This document shows positions 28,201 to 53,330 of a DNA stretch of 64,000 nt, piece after piece. The stretch's first letter is position 1. Each line of letters begins with the position of its first letter. Under the pieces are notes generated by a model. That model saw nothing but the letters and a program-made list of their open reading frames with translations. It did no database searches and was not told where the DNA came from. Position numbers and translations under genes: made by a program. Source of the DNA: Macrostomum lignano (Eukaryota); assembly GCA_002269645.1 (NCBI GenBank), contig NIVC01001867.1, positions 163,805-227,804 on the forward strand, in the 5' to 3' direction.

Positions 28201-30428
28201 CCTTGACATCTCAGCAATTCCCCCAGTAAGCCTTGACATCTCAGCAATTCCCCCAGTAAGCCTTGACATCTCAGCAATTCCCCAGTAAGCCTTGACATCT
28301 CAGCAATTCCCCCAGTAAGCCTTGACATCTCAGCAATTCCCCCAGTAAGCCTTGACATCTCAGCAATTCCCCCAGTAAGCCTTGACATCTCAGCAATTCC
28401 CCCAGTAAGCCTTGACATCTCAGCAATTCCCCCAGTAAGCCTTGACATCTCAGCAATTCCCCCAGTAAGCCTTGACATCTCAGCAATTCCCCCCTACATA
28501 TCAGAGACAGCAATGAGAAGGGATATACGCTATCAATTTGGAAAGCTTATCGGCACCTGCGTCAATACTCCGGCATAATGTTTTCGAGACTTCTCTTTGA
28601 AAAGCTGAAAAATAACATTCGTGCAGAAAATCTAAGAAAGCGAGCAGAACAGTCTTTAGCCACGCCTGTGCTTGAGAGCCGCCTGAATTCACCTGAACCC
28701 GAAGCCAGTGAAGTTGGCATCGCAGACTCCGCCGTTCAGGCAAGTGGCCGGCCCGCACGGCTCTGCGCTCATCTGCTCCGCTGTCTGAGCCGTCCAGCTC
28801 AGCCCGAATCCCAGGAAGTTCGAGTCGCTGTTGAGCTGCACCACAGCCGGATGCACCGATGGAAGCGAGCTGCTCGAAAAGCGCAGGCGACTGCGGCACA
28901 GCTGAGCGGACTCAGCGGGACACCGATCCGGCATCACCTGGACTCCGCTACTCGCTTCAGTTTCGTTCTTCACCAGCTCGTACGCCTCCCAGAGGGCCAA
29001 GTAGGAGCTGGTGCCGACCTTCGGTATGAGCAGGGACACCTCTGAGGTGTCGGCGGCCGGCTGCAGCTGAGAGACGAGGCGAGCCGACAGCCGACTCTTG
29101 AGTCTGGCCACCAGACTGCTGATGGGGTCTCGAGAACCTGTTTAATAATAGGCAAGCAGTGCGGGTGCTGATAATCGAGTTTGAAAATGAGCATCAGCTA
29201 TTTATACTGGCAGCTCCATACCAGCAATGAAGATGGCGCTGTCAATGACGCTCAGTGGCAGGCTGGAGACTCGCAAATTCAACTGGTGAGATACAGTTCC
29301 AGCTTTCACCTGCACCACGTGTACGCCATTCTTCAGGTCGGGAGGCCTGAGCACGAGTCTGTTGGGTGTGGAGCTCTTGTCAACGGTGAACTTGGTCGCA
29401 ACGTCGCCTGCGCCGATCACTCTGTCCATCCAGTCTACGCCCGATATTCTCAGGTAGGCGGCGCCGTACTTTCTGAAGTTGGCATCTGCGCGTTGACGGA
29501 GAGGGAGCGCAACGTTTTGATTTGTTTTAGCTGGTCGCACGGTTGCACAAAAAGTAATTAAGGGTGGGATGTGGGCACCCTGGATCAATGCTTCCGGTAA
29601 AATCGTCCCACAACCAGCGGCGGGGCGATTCTTCCCATTGCACTGACTCCTCAGCACGCGCTGTACTGTCCCAAGTGGATCAGGCGAGGGGAGAGGGGGG
29701 ACATGTTCAGTAAAGGCTATGGGGGGACATGCCAATGCGTTGTCCCCCCACCCGACCTCCTGACCCGTTGTGTGCGGCGCCAAAAATAGTGCCTGCGGAG
29801 CTAAAGGGAATGCCTGCGGCGCTTAATGAGTGCCTGCGGCGCTAAATGAGTGCCTGTGGCGCCAAAATGACTTCCTGCGGCGCCTAAATGAGTGCCTGTG
29901 GCGCCAAAATGAGTGCCTGTGGCGCCTAAATGAGTGCCTGCGGCGCCTAAATGAGTGCATGCGGCGCCTAAATGAGTACCTGCGGCGCCAAAATGAGTGC
30001 CTGTGGCACCAAAATGAGTGTCTGCGGAGCTAAAAGGAATGCCTGTGGCGCCAAAATGAGCGCTGACAACACCGATTCTCAAAATACGAGTAATGGACAT
30101 GTAGGAATTTAGTCATGTACATGTTGAATTCTTGGCTTCGTCCCCCCCCCCCACCATAAAATCCATGGCGACGCCCCTGATGTGGATACTGCACGCAGAC
30201 GCGCTCTCAAAGACACGCTTCCACAGGGTGTATAGCAGACCTCACTTCTTAATCGTCAGGCGTGTGCACTCTCTGCGCCCGAGGGATTGGCCCTCAAAGA
30301 TGTGTACGTTCAACAGGAGGCTGGCACTCACCATCTGGCAGCAAGACTTCAACTCTAGCTTTGTCGCAGTAGGCGCTGGCGAGCACCGCCAGCAGGATGG
30401 CTGCAACTGCAGGCCCGTACCGGAGCAT
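25282..30428 (-). CDS. 8-exon, 880-aa type I membrane protein derived from invertebrate classical (DN-cadherin-like) cadherin: SP, one cadherin-like domain, NC domain, EGF/LamG x2, EGF, TM, short tail
   Basis: Exons 30332-30428, 29222-29530, 28693-29137, 27546-27915, 27028-27469, 26222-26418, 25930-26143, 25282-25850. All junctions are GT-AG and phase-compatible (2643 nt). Motifs CLNGGVC...CICP...GPRCEYPVRSY, GCVQSVTVNG, VDDGEWH, WLRNIRVSG. Confidence 0.8.
26451..26660. repeat. 17-bp minisatellite (GGGGGTTGTAGCCAGTG) at the 5' end of a SINE
   Basis: About 12 units running directly into SINE A copy 2. Confidence 0.9.
26661..26968 (+). mobile_element. tRNA-derived SINE, family A copy 2 (full length)
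   Basis: GGGGTTGTAGCCTAGT head, GGTTCGATCCC B-box, same central domain as 19326-19580, (TTA)n tail. Confidence 0.85.
28102..28494. repeat. 30-bp intronic minisatellite (CCCCAGTAAGCCTTGACATCTCAGCAATTC) x~13
   Basis: Near-identical tandem units with no spacers. Confidence 0.95.
29790..30060. repeat. ~21-bp minisatellite (AAATGAGTGCCTGCGGCGCC)
   Basis: Seen directly, in intron 1 of the cadherin-derived gene. Confidence 0.9.
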
Positions 30429-31439
30429 GGCTGAGTCAGACTGGGCTTCGATCTCGGATGCTCTGCTCTCAGCTTGAATCAGCAGAGCAGCTCTCGGTCG
30501 GCTGGGCAGTTCATTTTAAGGTTGCGACTCGCGCGGCCCGGCAGTGACAGGCGCGCAATTTTGCGCACAATTTGCTAGCAACGCCTGCGGCCCGGCTGAA
30601 GCTGGCAAAACCTCGGTAACCCGGTTAAGCTGTCTCTATTAATATTCAATTTGTTTGCAATTACGCAGCACATTAAGAAACGTAATTTTATCAGATATTT
30701 TCTCGAATTAGCATTTCCACAATGCCTTACGCTTGTAACCGCACCTGCTCAGACCCCACAGGTAAATCATTGCGAAGTTCTTCTACGAGCGTATGTGCGT
30801 ATTTTTAACAGAAAGGGATCGGAGTTTTATCCCCATTGCATTAATTTTGTCTGTAGGACCGAGAGTTACGCGCGATTTCACGTCTGCAGTTGCTGGCGAC
30901 GAGCTACGAGAGTAACTGCAACTGCCTGTCTGTACCAATTTGGTGAACCTAATTGGTCACACAATTCACATGGGCCCTGAGCCCCTGGTCCCCATTCCTT
31001 CTACGTTCATCGATCGGGCTGATTCCCACAGGGACACAGGGACAGATGGGCGGGCACCCAGGACTGCCGGCGATTCTGGTCCGCGGTTCCGAGCCCTTCC
31101 CGCAGGTTCAGAAACATCCTTCTCACTCAAAATCGTAAGGATATCCGCGCCCTTGTCATGACACTTACCGGTCACGGCTACCTCACCAGGCTCTGCTTCC
31201 TCCGAGAGTGAACTTTGCCCTTTTTGCGAATTCCCTTTCTTCACCAAAGACCGGTACGATACCTCGTACGATACCCGTCTTTTGACGAGGTCTGCCAGCC
31301 CAGCCCGAAAGCATCCCACGGCTCATCCAGTTCCTCCGGGAGACAAGACAAGCCATGCACTTTCTTCCCCACGGAAGATCACGCTGCAGGACGGACCGGC
31401 GGACCAATCCTGACCGGCTCCACGCCTCTCCCTGCCTGC

Positions 31440-31946
31440 GGTCTGAAGGACTGGCCGCATCCTGGGGAATTCCCACCCAGCGGGTCTGAAGGACTGGGCC
31501 GCATCCTGGGGAATTCCCACCCAGCGGGTCTGAAGGACTGGCCACATCCTGGGGAATTCCCACCCAGCGGGTCTGAAGGGCTGGCCACATCCTGGGGAAT
31601 TCCTACCCAGCGAGTCTGAAGGGCTGGCCGCATTGGGGAATTCCCATTTCCCACCTAGCGGGTTTGAAGGGCTGGCCGCATCCTGGGGAATTCCCATTTC
31701 CCACGCAGCGGGTCTGAAGGGCTGGCCGCATCCTGGGGAATTCCCATTTCCCACCCAGCGGGTCTGAAGGGCTGGCCGCATCCTGGGGAATTCCCATTTC
31801 CTACCCAGCGGGTCTGAAGGGCTGGCCGCATCCTGGGGAATTCCCATTTCCCACCCAGCGGGTCTGAAGGGCTGGCCGCATCCTGGGGAATTCCCATTTC
31901 CCACCCAGCGGGTCTGAATGGCTGGCCGCATCCTGGGGAATTCCCA
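31440..31946. repeat. 38-44-bp minisatellite (CCCAGCGGGTCTGAAGGGCTGGCCGCATCCTGGGGAATTCCC)
   Basis: About 12 tandem units, seen directly. Confidence 0.92.
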
Positions 31947-32982
31947 TCCCTCTTGCAAGACACGATGTGAATTCGAGCATGCCTACTGGTTGTTGTTGGT
32001 TTGAGGGGCTGAGCAGGAACTGAAAGAGGCTTCATTTTTCAGTTTAAATTGCTCACTTGAGTCGAAACCTATGTCGGCTATCTGGATAAGGGTCGGCTTC
32101 ACACGTCACTATTGATAGTAGTATCAACAGCAGTTTAAACGTTTTGGTTTCCCTTTTTCGTACCTAGTAGTGATTTTCGTTGCATACTACTGTGACGTGA
32201 TCATGAGTAAAGTGCAAGTTGATTTTTCTACACGTATTTATACGTTACAACGCCGAGATGAATCTGACATTCGATCCGGCCAGTTCCAGTTCTCCTATGC
32301 TTGCCTTGGCAGAGCGAGTCTGTTGCTTGCATAGGCTGAGAAAGTCAACACAGACCGCTCCGTTTGTCCTCGACAAACTGTGATGCAGACAGCCCTCCGC
32401 TTGTCTAATATTCATGCTGAGCTGTCTATGACAGAAAAGCTCTCAAAACAAAAAAGACTGCTAGCAACCCGCAGTTAACTCAATCACCGAAGTGCGGGAC
32501 TGTATTTTCCTGATGGCTCTTGGGGCTCGCATCTGTGGGGCGCAGGCGGGAGTCTTCCGAAATCACACGGCGTCATGCAAATAACATGCGAAAATTAATT
32601 AAAAAGCAATTTAGGAAACTGGACCAAAAGTTTACTGGGCATGGAGAAACGAGAGCATCGATTCGATTGACAAAGTATGCGACGTAAATCCGAGGGTGTT
32701 TCTCCTGTGGTTACTGCACAGACAACGATTAGATATCGAAAATTCGAAAGAGGCGCAGACACACTGGGCTCGAGGCCGATGTCGAGCTGAGTGAAGTTAA
32801 GCAAAGCGAGTTCCATGGGGATTCGATCAGGTTCTCAGGGAGAATTTGCGCAAATTCGAGCCAGTCAATCAATATTCGCTGATTAAGAAAATTTACATTT
32901 AAGCCGCAGTCTTTCCACTACAAAGCAAATTAATTACAGAGTGCGCATCGGCCCGAGGAAAGGGGGAGTCGCGTTGGCAGCT

Positions 32983-33339
32983 TCAGGTGCGCACCTGCAC
33001 GGTGACACCGCTGAGGGTGTTCCACAGCTGCAGCACTTTGCCCCTGGAGGCGCTGGCGCTCTTCGCCTGCCTGCGATCGTACAGCGACGGCAGCGGCGGA
33101 GCCACGAAGTAGGTCGTCGGCCGGCTGCTGGTGTAGCTGAAGGGCGGCCGGTGCTGGCTGGGGTACGGCAGCAGCAGGTTCGGCGCCGTGCGGGCGCGCC
33201 GCAGCTGGGCCTCCTCGCGCTGCCGGTCCTGCTGCTCCAGTCGCTGCCGGCGCATCCGCATCTCCTCGCGCATGTAGAAGCCGTAGATCTGGTTGGAGGT
33301 GTGCGGCTTCTCGCTCAGCCAGTTGTTGTAGTAGTCCAT
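32983..33339 (-). CDS. Hypothetical host protein (118 aa or part of a spliced gene)
   Basis: GC3-rich coding-like ORF, MDYYNNWLSEKPHTSNQIYGFYMREEMRMRRQRLEQQ. No family recognised. Confidence 0.45.
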   Translation of the reverse strand: MDYYNNWLSEKPHTSNQIYGFYMREEMRMRRQRLEQQDRQREEAQLRRARTAPNLLLPYPSQHRPPFSYTSSRPTTYFVAPPLPSLYDRRQAKSASASRGKVLQLWNTLSGVTVQVRT

Positions 33340-36300
33340 CCTGGTGCTGCTCTCTGTCTGCTGTCTCCGTGTTGCTTATCCGGTTATCTGCCTCAGGTTG
33401 GCTCTCTGCCTCGGCTTGCGCCTGCTTAAAATACCTGCCCCCCCTTGCCTTCCACCTTGCGTTACCCTTGGATACCGCGTTGTGGGTTGGGGGGCTGGGG
33501 TGGAAAACTGTGTGCGTGCATGAGCGTCTGTCTCTCTCTCTCGGCATTGAGGCGGAGTCAGAGGCTTGAAAGTGGAGGTTGGGGCGGCTGCTGGCGCAAG
33601 CAGAGCGCGTGCATTCGGGTGGCGGAGAGCCCAGCGCCAGTGCCTGAGAAAGGCTGCTGGGCTTTGTGGGCGACAGATGGGGCTGCAGGTCGGGCAATGG
33701 CAGACTCAGGATCGTGGTGGGGACGAGTTGGGATCGGAAGCGGGCTGGGATCGCGTTGCTATGGGTGAGGGACTGAGGACTGGGTGATTTCTTACTCTTG
33801 AAACGGTGTAAATTCTCTCTAATCATTGCATATAGTGGAGACCGTCAAAACTGAAACCCAAGCAGAAGCTTTTATGCGAAGTAAATAATGAATCAGTTGT
33901 CAAGAATTACGGTAAATTGAAGATAAATATGTACAGTAAGATTTTATGAAAAACATTTTTATCGCTCTTTTGCTAAACGAGCGCAACTCCGGCTGCTTAA
34001 GCACGCATAAAGCTGTGTACAGGCGGCTCTCTCAGTCGCACTTCTAATCTCGCACAGAAGCGCAGGCCAAAGTTTACCCGATGACAGATAGTGGGGGCTG
34101 AGGCCACTTCGCAGCGCGCCATATGAATTAGAAGTGGATGGAATTAGGCTCGAATGCAGGGAGGCCCTTCTAGTTTCTGGCCTTCATACACAAGCTTTGG
34201 TCCAAATATAGGCGAGTTTTTTTAAAAAAACACAGGACTATGTGAAAATTTGATAAGAGAACTCAATATAACTCTCCTGGGCCAGGTGCTCGTAAAATAA
34301 ATTTATGAATACCAAAGCACTGCAGTTTCACTGTTTCAGCAATTAATTGCCTAAGGCACTTTCTCCATTCCTGTCTGACAGCTTCATAATATGTAAATAG
34401 TAATCTCATAAAAGACTGAATTAAGCTGCAGGCACGATTCCCAAATACTATAAAAATATAGAGTAGAATTTGGGAAGCCATCTGGTTCTATCTATATAAT
34501 CTACAAGTTAACATGTGGATAAACTTGCAGTAAGGATCTAGAGTTAAAAGACCAGAAGTCATAAAGAGACATAAAGAGCAAACGTGCACCTGGGCTGTTC
34601 AAATAATGCAGCGCAAATTAGTACGCCAGGATCCATATACATATGATATGGTGTCGATGAAAAGTGCTTGCAATTGTCCAAGCTAACTAGTACTCATTGA
34701 ATGATTCAATTTGACTTTAAATTCAACTAAAGATTCTAGTTTTCATTGAGGCGGTCAATTCTAAGTTGCTTGAATGCATCTAAAAAATTTCTGGCGCTAC
34801 TGAATCCACCCCATACGCAACTCACCGTGGATGTTTACTCAGACAAGCAAAGCAATAGGCATAGAGATATTTAAACTTTATAAATATACAAGTAATCAGA
34901 AAACACAAAGGTACATTTTTGTCATACTTTACTTTTAACTTGTTTTACTGAGGGTTATATGAACTAGTATTGTTTGGGCAAAAATCAAATACCGCCTTTT
35001 ACCAGAATTTCAGTCGACGACAACCTGATTGATTGATCACCTGACTGACTTCCAAATTTGCTTCATGCAGCAAATCAAAGACGAAAAATAAATGATATGC
35101 TCTTTCTGAAAGATGTTTTACTTTCCATTCAAGATTCCCTCAAGGGACTGACCATTGAAAGAAGATAAATTGTTGTTAGACACTTGAAATTTACATTTAC
35201 TTCATTCGTTCTTTTAATTGGGTGTAGTTATGTTATAGGAGACTTGTGCAAAATATTAAATTTAAAATGGTTTATTCAGATTACTTTTTTCTTGGTTTTT
35301 TTTTCTGATCTGGTTAAGTTTTAAAAATAGTCTTTAAAAATTTTCAATTATACTAAAACTAATTGTCTTTGTAATTGCCATGCTATAATATATACTTTTT
35401 TAATAATAGAAGGAACTAAACTTGCCTTATTATAATCTTTCCTTTGTCTAAAGCTATTATGGCTATTAAGTATTTGATTTTTTGTTCTAAAAGTAGCTTT
35501 GCTTTTGACCAGCTTTAGTACTTAGTTTATTCTAAAGTCATATAGTATTTTAATTTTAGAACATTGATTGATGTCAATAAAAAATTTAAGATCATTATAA
35601 AATACATGCAATAGCTAAATGTAATATACTTTTTTGAAACTGTTATTGATTTATAAATTTATCTTTAAAGGGTAATATTTAATGTATAGAAATAATAGAA
35701 TCAGTTTTAAAAGTGTGAAAAAGTGTAAAAAGCAGTTTATATAGATCAAACAAATTTCTAAGGTTTTATTTTTATAAACTCAATTTTCAATTTTTTTAAT
35801 ATAATAGAATTTGAAAAATAAAGCTTTCTAATAAAATGATAATAAAGTTTCATATAGTATAATAACTAAGCTATATTATCATATATAGTAAAAATGGTCT
35901 GTTAGCAAATAGGTATGTGTGTGATCAATTAGAGAAAAAATAAATATTCTAATATTTTGGAAGCAAGCTCTACTCTTGAATCTTATATATAGAATTTTCT
36001 AGCATAAAATAGACATAAAAATTGGTTGGTGTAAAATATCTAGCATGCAGAAAATCCAATGGGAAATTGTGCCACAGAGCCAGCATATGGCATAGCTATT
36101 AGTGTACAAAAGACCAAAATATTATAATGCAAGAAAGGAAGGTCCTATATTGTTGCAATGCAAAAAAAGTCCTTTATTATTGCAATGCCTTTCTGATAAT
36201 GTCTGGTGGATATATTATAAGTAAATTTGTTTTTTCTGATATAAACTTGAATTTATGGTGTAGGGGGTCACTTTTTTCGGCATAACTATATAACAGATTT

Positions 36301-36587
36301 GAGAGTGTGGGTAGCAAGAGAAGTGATTGCCACAATTTGACTATTAGCTATTTAGACAGCTGACATTTTATGTTAAACTAGGGTGGTTTAGGTTAGGATT
36401 AGGTTTATTGTTAGCTATCAATCTATACCAAATTGTTGTAGACCTAATATTCCTATATATTTATATATATCTGCATACTGAACATGTCTAGACCATGTTA
36501 AAACTTGCTAGACCTACAATGAAAAAGAAGTTCACTGCTCTCAAAGCTCTAACTGTAAGCCCCATTTGAGCTTCAGTCGCCCCCTTC

Positions 36588-47703
<11,116 letters not shown>

Positions 47704-47729
47704 CAGGCCGACTGACGCACCGTCTGACT

Positions 47730-49780
47730 CTCCTGACACACCTGCCTCCCCCTGACACACCTGCCTCTTCCTGACACACCTGCCTCCCCCTGACACACCT
47801 GCCTCCCCTGACACACCTGCCTCCCCTGACACACCTGCCTCCCCCTGACACACCTGCTTCCCCCCTGACACACCTGACTCCCTGACACACTTTCTGACTC
47901 CCCTGACACACCTTTTGATTTCCCCTGACACCGTCTGACTCCCCTGACACACCTGCCTCCCCTGACACACCTGCCTCCCCCTGACACACCTGCCTCCCCC
48001 TGACACACCTGCCTCCCCCTGACACACCTGCCTCCCCCTGACACACCTGCCTCCCGTGACACACCTGCCTCCCGTGACACACCTGCCTCCCCTGACACAC
48101 CTGCCTCCCTCTTAAACACCTGACTCCCCCTTAAACACCTGACTCCCCCTGACACACCCTTTGACTCCCCCTGACACACCTGCTTCCCCCTGACACACCT
48201 TTTGATTTCCCCTGACACCGTCTGACTCCCCTGACACACCTGCCTCCCCTGACACACCTGCCTCCCCCTGACACACCTGCCTCCCCCTGACACACCTGCC
48301 TCCCCCTGACACACCTTCTGACTCCCTGACACACCTTTTGACTTCCCCTGACACACCTTCTGTCTCCCCTGACACACCTGCCTCCCCTGACACACCTTCT
48401 GACTCCCTGACACACCTGCTTCCCCCTGACACACCTGCTTCCCCCTGACACACCTGCTTCCCCCTGACACACCTGCTTCCCCCTGACACACCTTTTGACT
48501 TCCCCTGACACACCTGCCTCCCCCTGACACACCTTTTGACTCCCTGACATACTTTCTGACTCCCCTGACACACCTTTTTACTTACCCTGACACACTTTCT
48601 GTCTCCCCTGACACACCTGCCTCCCCTGACACACCTGCCTCCCCTGACACCTGCCTCCCCTGACACACCTGCCTCCCGTGACACACCTGCCTCCCCCTGA
48701 CACACCTTTTGACTCCCTGACATACTTTCTGACTCCCCTGACACACCTTTTTACTTACCCTGACACACTTTCTGTCTCCCCTGACACACCTGCCTCCCCT
48801 GACACACCTGCCTCCCCTGACACACCTGCCTCCCGTGACACACCTGCCTCCCCTGACACCTGCCTCCCCTGACACACCTGCCTCCCTCTTAAACACCTGA
48901 CTCCCCCTTAAACACCTGACTCCCCCTGACACACCCTTTGACTCCCCCTGACACACCCTTTGACTCCCCCTGACACACCTGCTTCCCCCTGACACACCTT
49001 TTGATTTCCCCTGACACCGTCTGACTCCCCTGACACACCTGCCTCCCCTGACACACCTGCCTCCCCTGACACACCTGCCTCCCCCTGACACACCTGCCTC
49101 CCCCTGACACACCTTTTGACTCCCTGACACACTTTCTGACTCCCCTGACACACCTTTTTACTTACCCTGACACACTTTCTGTCTCCCCTGACACACCTGC
49201 CTCCCCTGACACCTGCCTCCCCTGACACACCTGCCTCCCGTGACACACCTGCCTCCCCTGACACACCTGCCTCCCCCTGACACACCCTTTGACTCCCCCT
49301 GACACACCCTTTGACTCCCCCTGACACACCTGCTTCCCCCTGACACACCTTTTGACTTCCCCTGACACACCTTCTGTCCCCCTGACACACGTGCCTCCCC
49401 CTGACACACCTTTTGACTCCCTGACACACTTTCTGACTCCCCTGACACACCTTTTGACTTACCCTGACACACTTTCTGTCTCCCCTGACACACCTGCCTC
49501 CCGTGACACACCACTGCCTCCCCTGACACACCTGCCTCCCTCTTAAACACCTGACTCCCCTGACACACCTGCTTCCCCCTGACACACCTTTTGACTTCCC
49601 CTGACACACCTTCTGTCTCCCCTGACACACCTGCCTCCCCTGACACACCTTTTGACTCCCTGACACACTTTCTGACTCCCCTGACACACCTTTTGACTTA
49701 CCCTGACACACTTTCTGTCTCCCCTGACACACCTTTTGACTTACCCTGACACACTTTCTGTCTCCCCTTACACACCGACT
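47730..49780. repeat. 2-kb complex minisatellite based on CCCTGACACACC
   Basis: Seen directly; 18-22-bp variant units with higher-order structure. Confidence 0.95.
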
Positions 49781-50609
49781 AAACCTTGATACACCGTCTG
49801 ACACTGTCTGACTCCTTACTGACACATTGTCTGATACCCCCTGACTCATCATCTGCAGCACCCTCTGAGCGACTTACCCTCGTGACGTTCCTTGACGCGG
49901 TCTCAAACCTCCTTGACCTTCATTTGCCCTTCGGCCCCAGAAATCCGCCATTTCCTCTTCCACTGCCGCAGCGGCTCACCCTCCGCAATCTTCCACAATC
50001 TGCTCGGCCCTGGCGCTGTAAATCTGCTTCTCCGCCCCTCATCTTTAAGCTGTGATGATTCATTAGGCCGCTGATTTAGCTTATTGTGCTCCCCACTGTG
50101 CTCTGTACAGCCCCGCACAGCCCGGCACTGCAACTTCTCTGCTTCATCATTTTTGTGTCATTGTGCTAACAGCCAGTGCAAAACCGTTTTTTATTATTGT
50201 CAAGATGAAGCGTTTCTTCAGCCTCCGGTAGGCAGCGGTTTTCGGAGATGACGCGGTTGGGAGGGGTCTGCCTTGTTTTGCTTGGCCTTTTTTACTGCAG
50301 CCCGTTTTTTACCTGTCCCCCGAGTTCGGCACACATTTTTACTAAAGGAGAAGCGTTAAATTTTATTCTCTCTGCGTGTTTCTCTCTTTGACCTTTTTTA
50401 TCTTCAATAAAAATCTGCTAATAAAAATGCTAAGAACTTTACTGTTTATTATAATTTATCTGTCGGTAATGCGATCAGCGAGTAGTTCAAAATATATACC
50501 TGCGTAATTTACATTTTTATTCTGATCCAATTGGCTTCTTGATCGATTTTTTTACCTTGAGCTTGATCACATAAAGCTGAGCTTTGAGGCTTTATGCTTA
50601 GCGGAGGAG

Positions 50610-51020
50610 ATTCCCAGCTGAGCGGAGGGGATTGCCAGCTGAGCGGAGGGGATTGCCAGCTGAGCGGAGGGGATTGCCAGCTGAGCGGAGGGGATTGGCA
50701 GCTGAGCGGAGGGGATTGGCAGCTGAGCGGAGGGGATTGGCAGCTGAGCGGAGGGGATTGCCAGCTGAGCGGAGGGGATTGCCAGCTGAGCGGAGGGGAT
50801 TGCCAGCTGAGCGGAGGGGATTGGCAGCTGAGCGGATGGGATTGCCAGCTGAGCGAAGGGGATTGGCAGCTGAGCGGAGGGGATTGCCAGCTGAGCGAAG
50901 GGGACCGGTAGCTGAGTGGAGGGGATTGGCAGCTGAGCGGAGGGGATTGGCAGCTGAGCGGAGGGGATTGGCAGCTGAGCGGAGGGGATTGCCAGCTGAG
51001 CGGAGGGGATTGCAGCTGAG
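50610..51020. repeat. 21-bp minisatellite (GCTGAGCGGAGGGGATTG[G/C]CA)
   Basis: Seen directly. Confidence 0.95.
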
Positions 51021-51334
51021 CGGGGTGGTTCGGCAGCAGTGTGCTGAATGCATTTTTGTCGAATTGGATCCAGGAGTCCAGTAGTATGAACAAAGTGTGC
51101 AATTTTGGAGAAGTGAAATACCCGAGTAGGTCAACACTTTATTGTGCAATTTCATGAGAGTATGATGGAAGATTCCGTACTTGAATGATATATGCTTACA
51201 TTACAAGTAAGAAAGGAGCGGCCACAGCCCCTGCAAAAGCTGCAGACAGTGCCTCAAACAGTGGAACCTGGCAGATACCACAGGCTCAGTTCGAGTTTGG
51301 AGCTGGAGCACGCGGTTCCGCACCCCCAGCGCCA

Positions 51335-53033
51335 TCACGGAGCCGAGGCCATGGGGCCCGTCCCCCGAACTAGCAGCTTCCGGTCGATGTGGTCCGGATC
51401 GCGGATCTCCAGGTCCACCGGCTCCCAGTGCTGCTGCGCCACCAGCGACTCAACGGACGGCTCCAGCCGGCCTGTCAGCAGCGCCCAGGCGATCAGGATG
51501 GCGCAGGCCGCCACCAGGAAGGTCGCAGCGGTCCCGGCCACCAGACCAACCCAGCTGTGGCTGCGGACAACTTCCGGCTTGGCCAGCTGCTGCAGCAGGA
51601 AGCGGTGGATGTCGGCTGGTAGGTCCGCGTCCATTGCGCTGCCGATCTGCCGATCACCGTTGGTGCACAGAGCTTGCTGCCGCGGAACTGCAGGTGGGGC
51701 TGCTGCTCTGTGACACCGCCTATGTCTCCGTTCCCTGTCTCCCTCCCTCTGTCTCCTCCCTCTGTCTCCTCCCTCTGTCTCCTCCCTCTGTCTCCTCCCT
51801 CTGTCTCCTCCCTCTGTCTCCCTCCCTCTGTCTCCCTCCCTCTGTCTCCTCCCTCTGTCTTCCCCCCCTGTCTCCCTCCCTCTGTCTCCTCCCTCTGTCT
51901 CCCTCCCTCTTTCTCCCTCCCTCTGTCTCCCTCCCTGTATCTCCTCCCTCTGTCTCCTCCCTCTGTCTCCCTCCCTCTGTCTCCCTCCCTCTGTCTCCCT
52001 CCCTCTGTCTCCCTCCCTCTGTCTCCCTCCCTCTGTCTCCCTCCCTGTATCTCCTCCCTCTGTCTCCTCCCTCTGTCTTCCCCCCCTGTCTCCCTCCCTC
52101 TGTCTCCTCCCTCTGTCTCCCTCCCTCTGTCTCCCTCTCTCTGTCTCCCTCTTTGTTATTCGCCCTCTCCCTCTACCATCGCCTTCCATCTCCAATATCC
52201 CTCTACTTCTCTCCCAATCATTCCCGATCCTCCAGTTCGCTGACCAATCGTCTCCGCCAGTCTGAATCATTCCCATCCCACCTGTTCTGGCGGAACTCAC
52301 TCCGGATGTAGCCAGCAGATCTCCAGGCGCTTTCAGAGCAATTAAGAAGCGATTTCGTCCTGTAGAGCTCGGTGTTTGAGCTCGACGCTCCGAACTCCAG
52401 CTGTAATTAAAATGTTACTAAAGATTGAGAAGTGGTGATAGACGAATAGGGAGAGACGGGTAGAGTGACAAGTAGAGTGACGGGCAGAGTGACGAGTAGA
52501 GTGACGGGTAGAGTGACGGGTAGAGTGACGGGTAGAGTGACAAGTAGAGTGACGGGCAGAGTGACGAGTAGAGTGACGGGTAGAGTGACGGGTAGAGTGA
52601 CGGGTAGAGTGACGGGCAGAGTGACGAGTAGAGTGACGGGTAGAGTGACGGGTAGAGTGACGGGTAGAGTGACGGGTAGAGTGACGGGTAGAGTGACGGG
52701 GAGAGTGACGGGTAGAGTGACGGCGAGAGTGACGGCGAGAGTGACGGCGAGATTGACGGGGAGAAGTTGGGAGATTTTTTATGTGATTAGTCATACGGCA
52801 CCGACTCTAACAGAAGCCGCGCACTCACCAGGATGCGGTAGGCCCGGGAGCAGAACAAAAGCTTTGCACTGAGGCGCAGCAGGGCGTAGCGATATCTCTG
52901 CCCGTCGGGCATAAGCAGCTGCTTCTGCGGGGTTGGCGACTGCTTTTGCTGAACAGCTGGCAAACAGACAGACGGACAGACAGACAGGCAGACAGACAGA
53001 CAGACAGGCAGACAGACAGACAGACAGGCAGGC

Positions 53034-53074
<41 letters not shown>

Positions 53075-53077
53075 GGC

Positions 53078-53142
<65 letters not shown>

Positions 53143-53149
53143 GGCAGGC

Positions 53150-53194
<45 letters not shown>

Positions 53195-53221
53195 GGCAGA
53201 CAGACAGATAGACAGACAGGC

Positions 53222-53258
<37 letters not shown>

Positions 53259-53283
53259 GGCAGGCAGACAGACAGACAGACAG

Positions 53284-53330
<47 letters not shown>

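Noticed and set aside
28102-28494. 30-bp direct repeats resembling a CRISPR array
   Set aside because: Units are contiguous with no unique spacers, there are no cas genes, and the context is a eukaryotic intron. The same applies to the other arrays.
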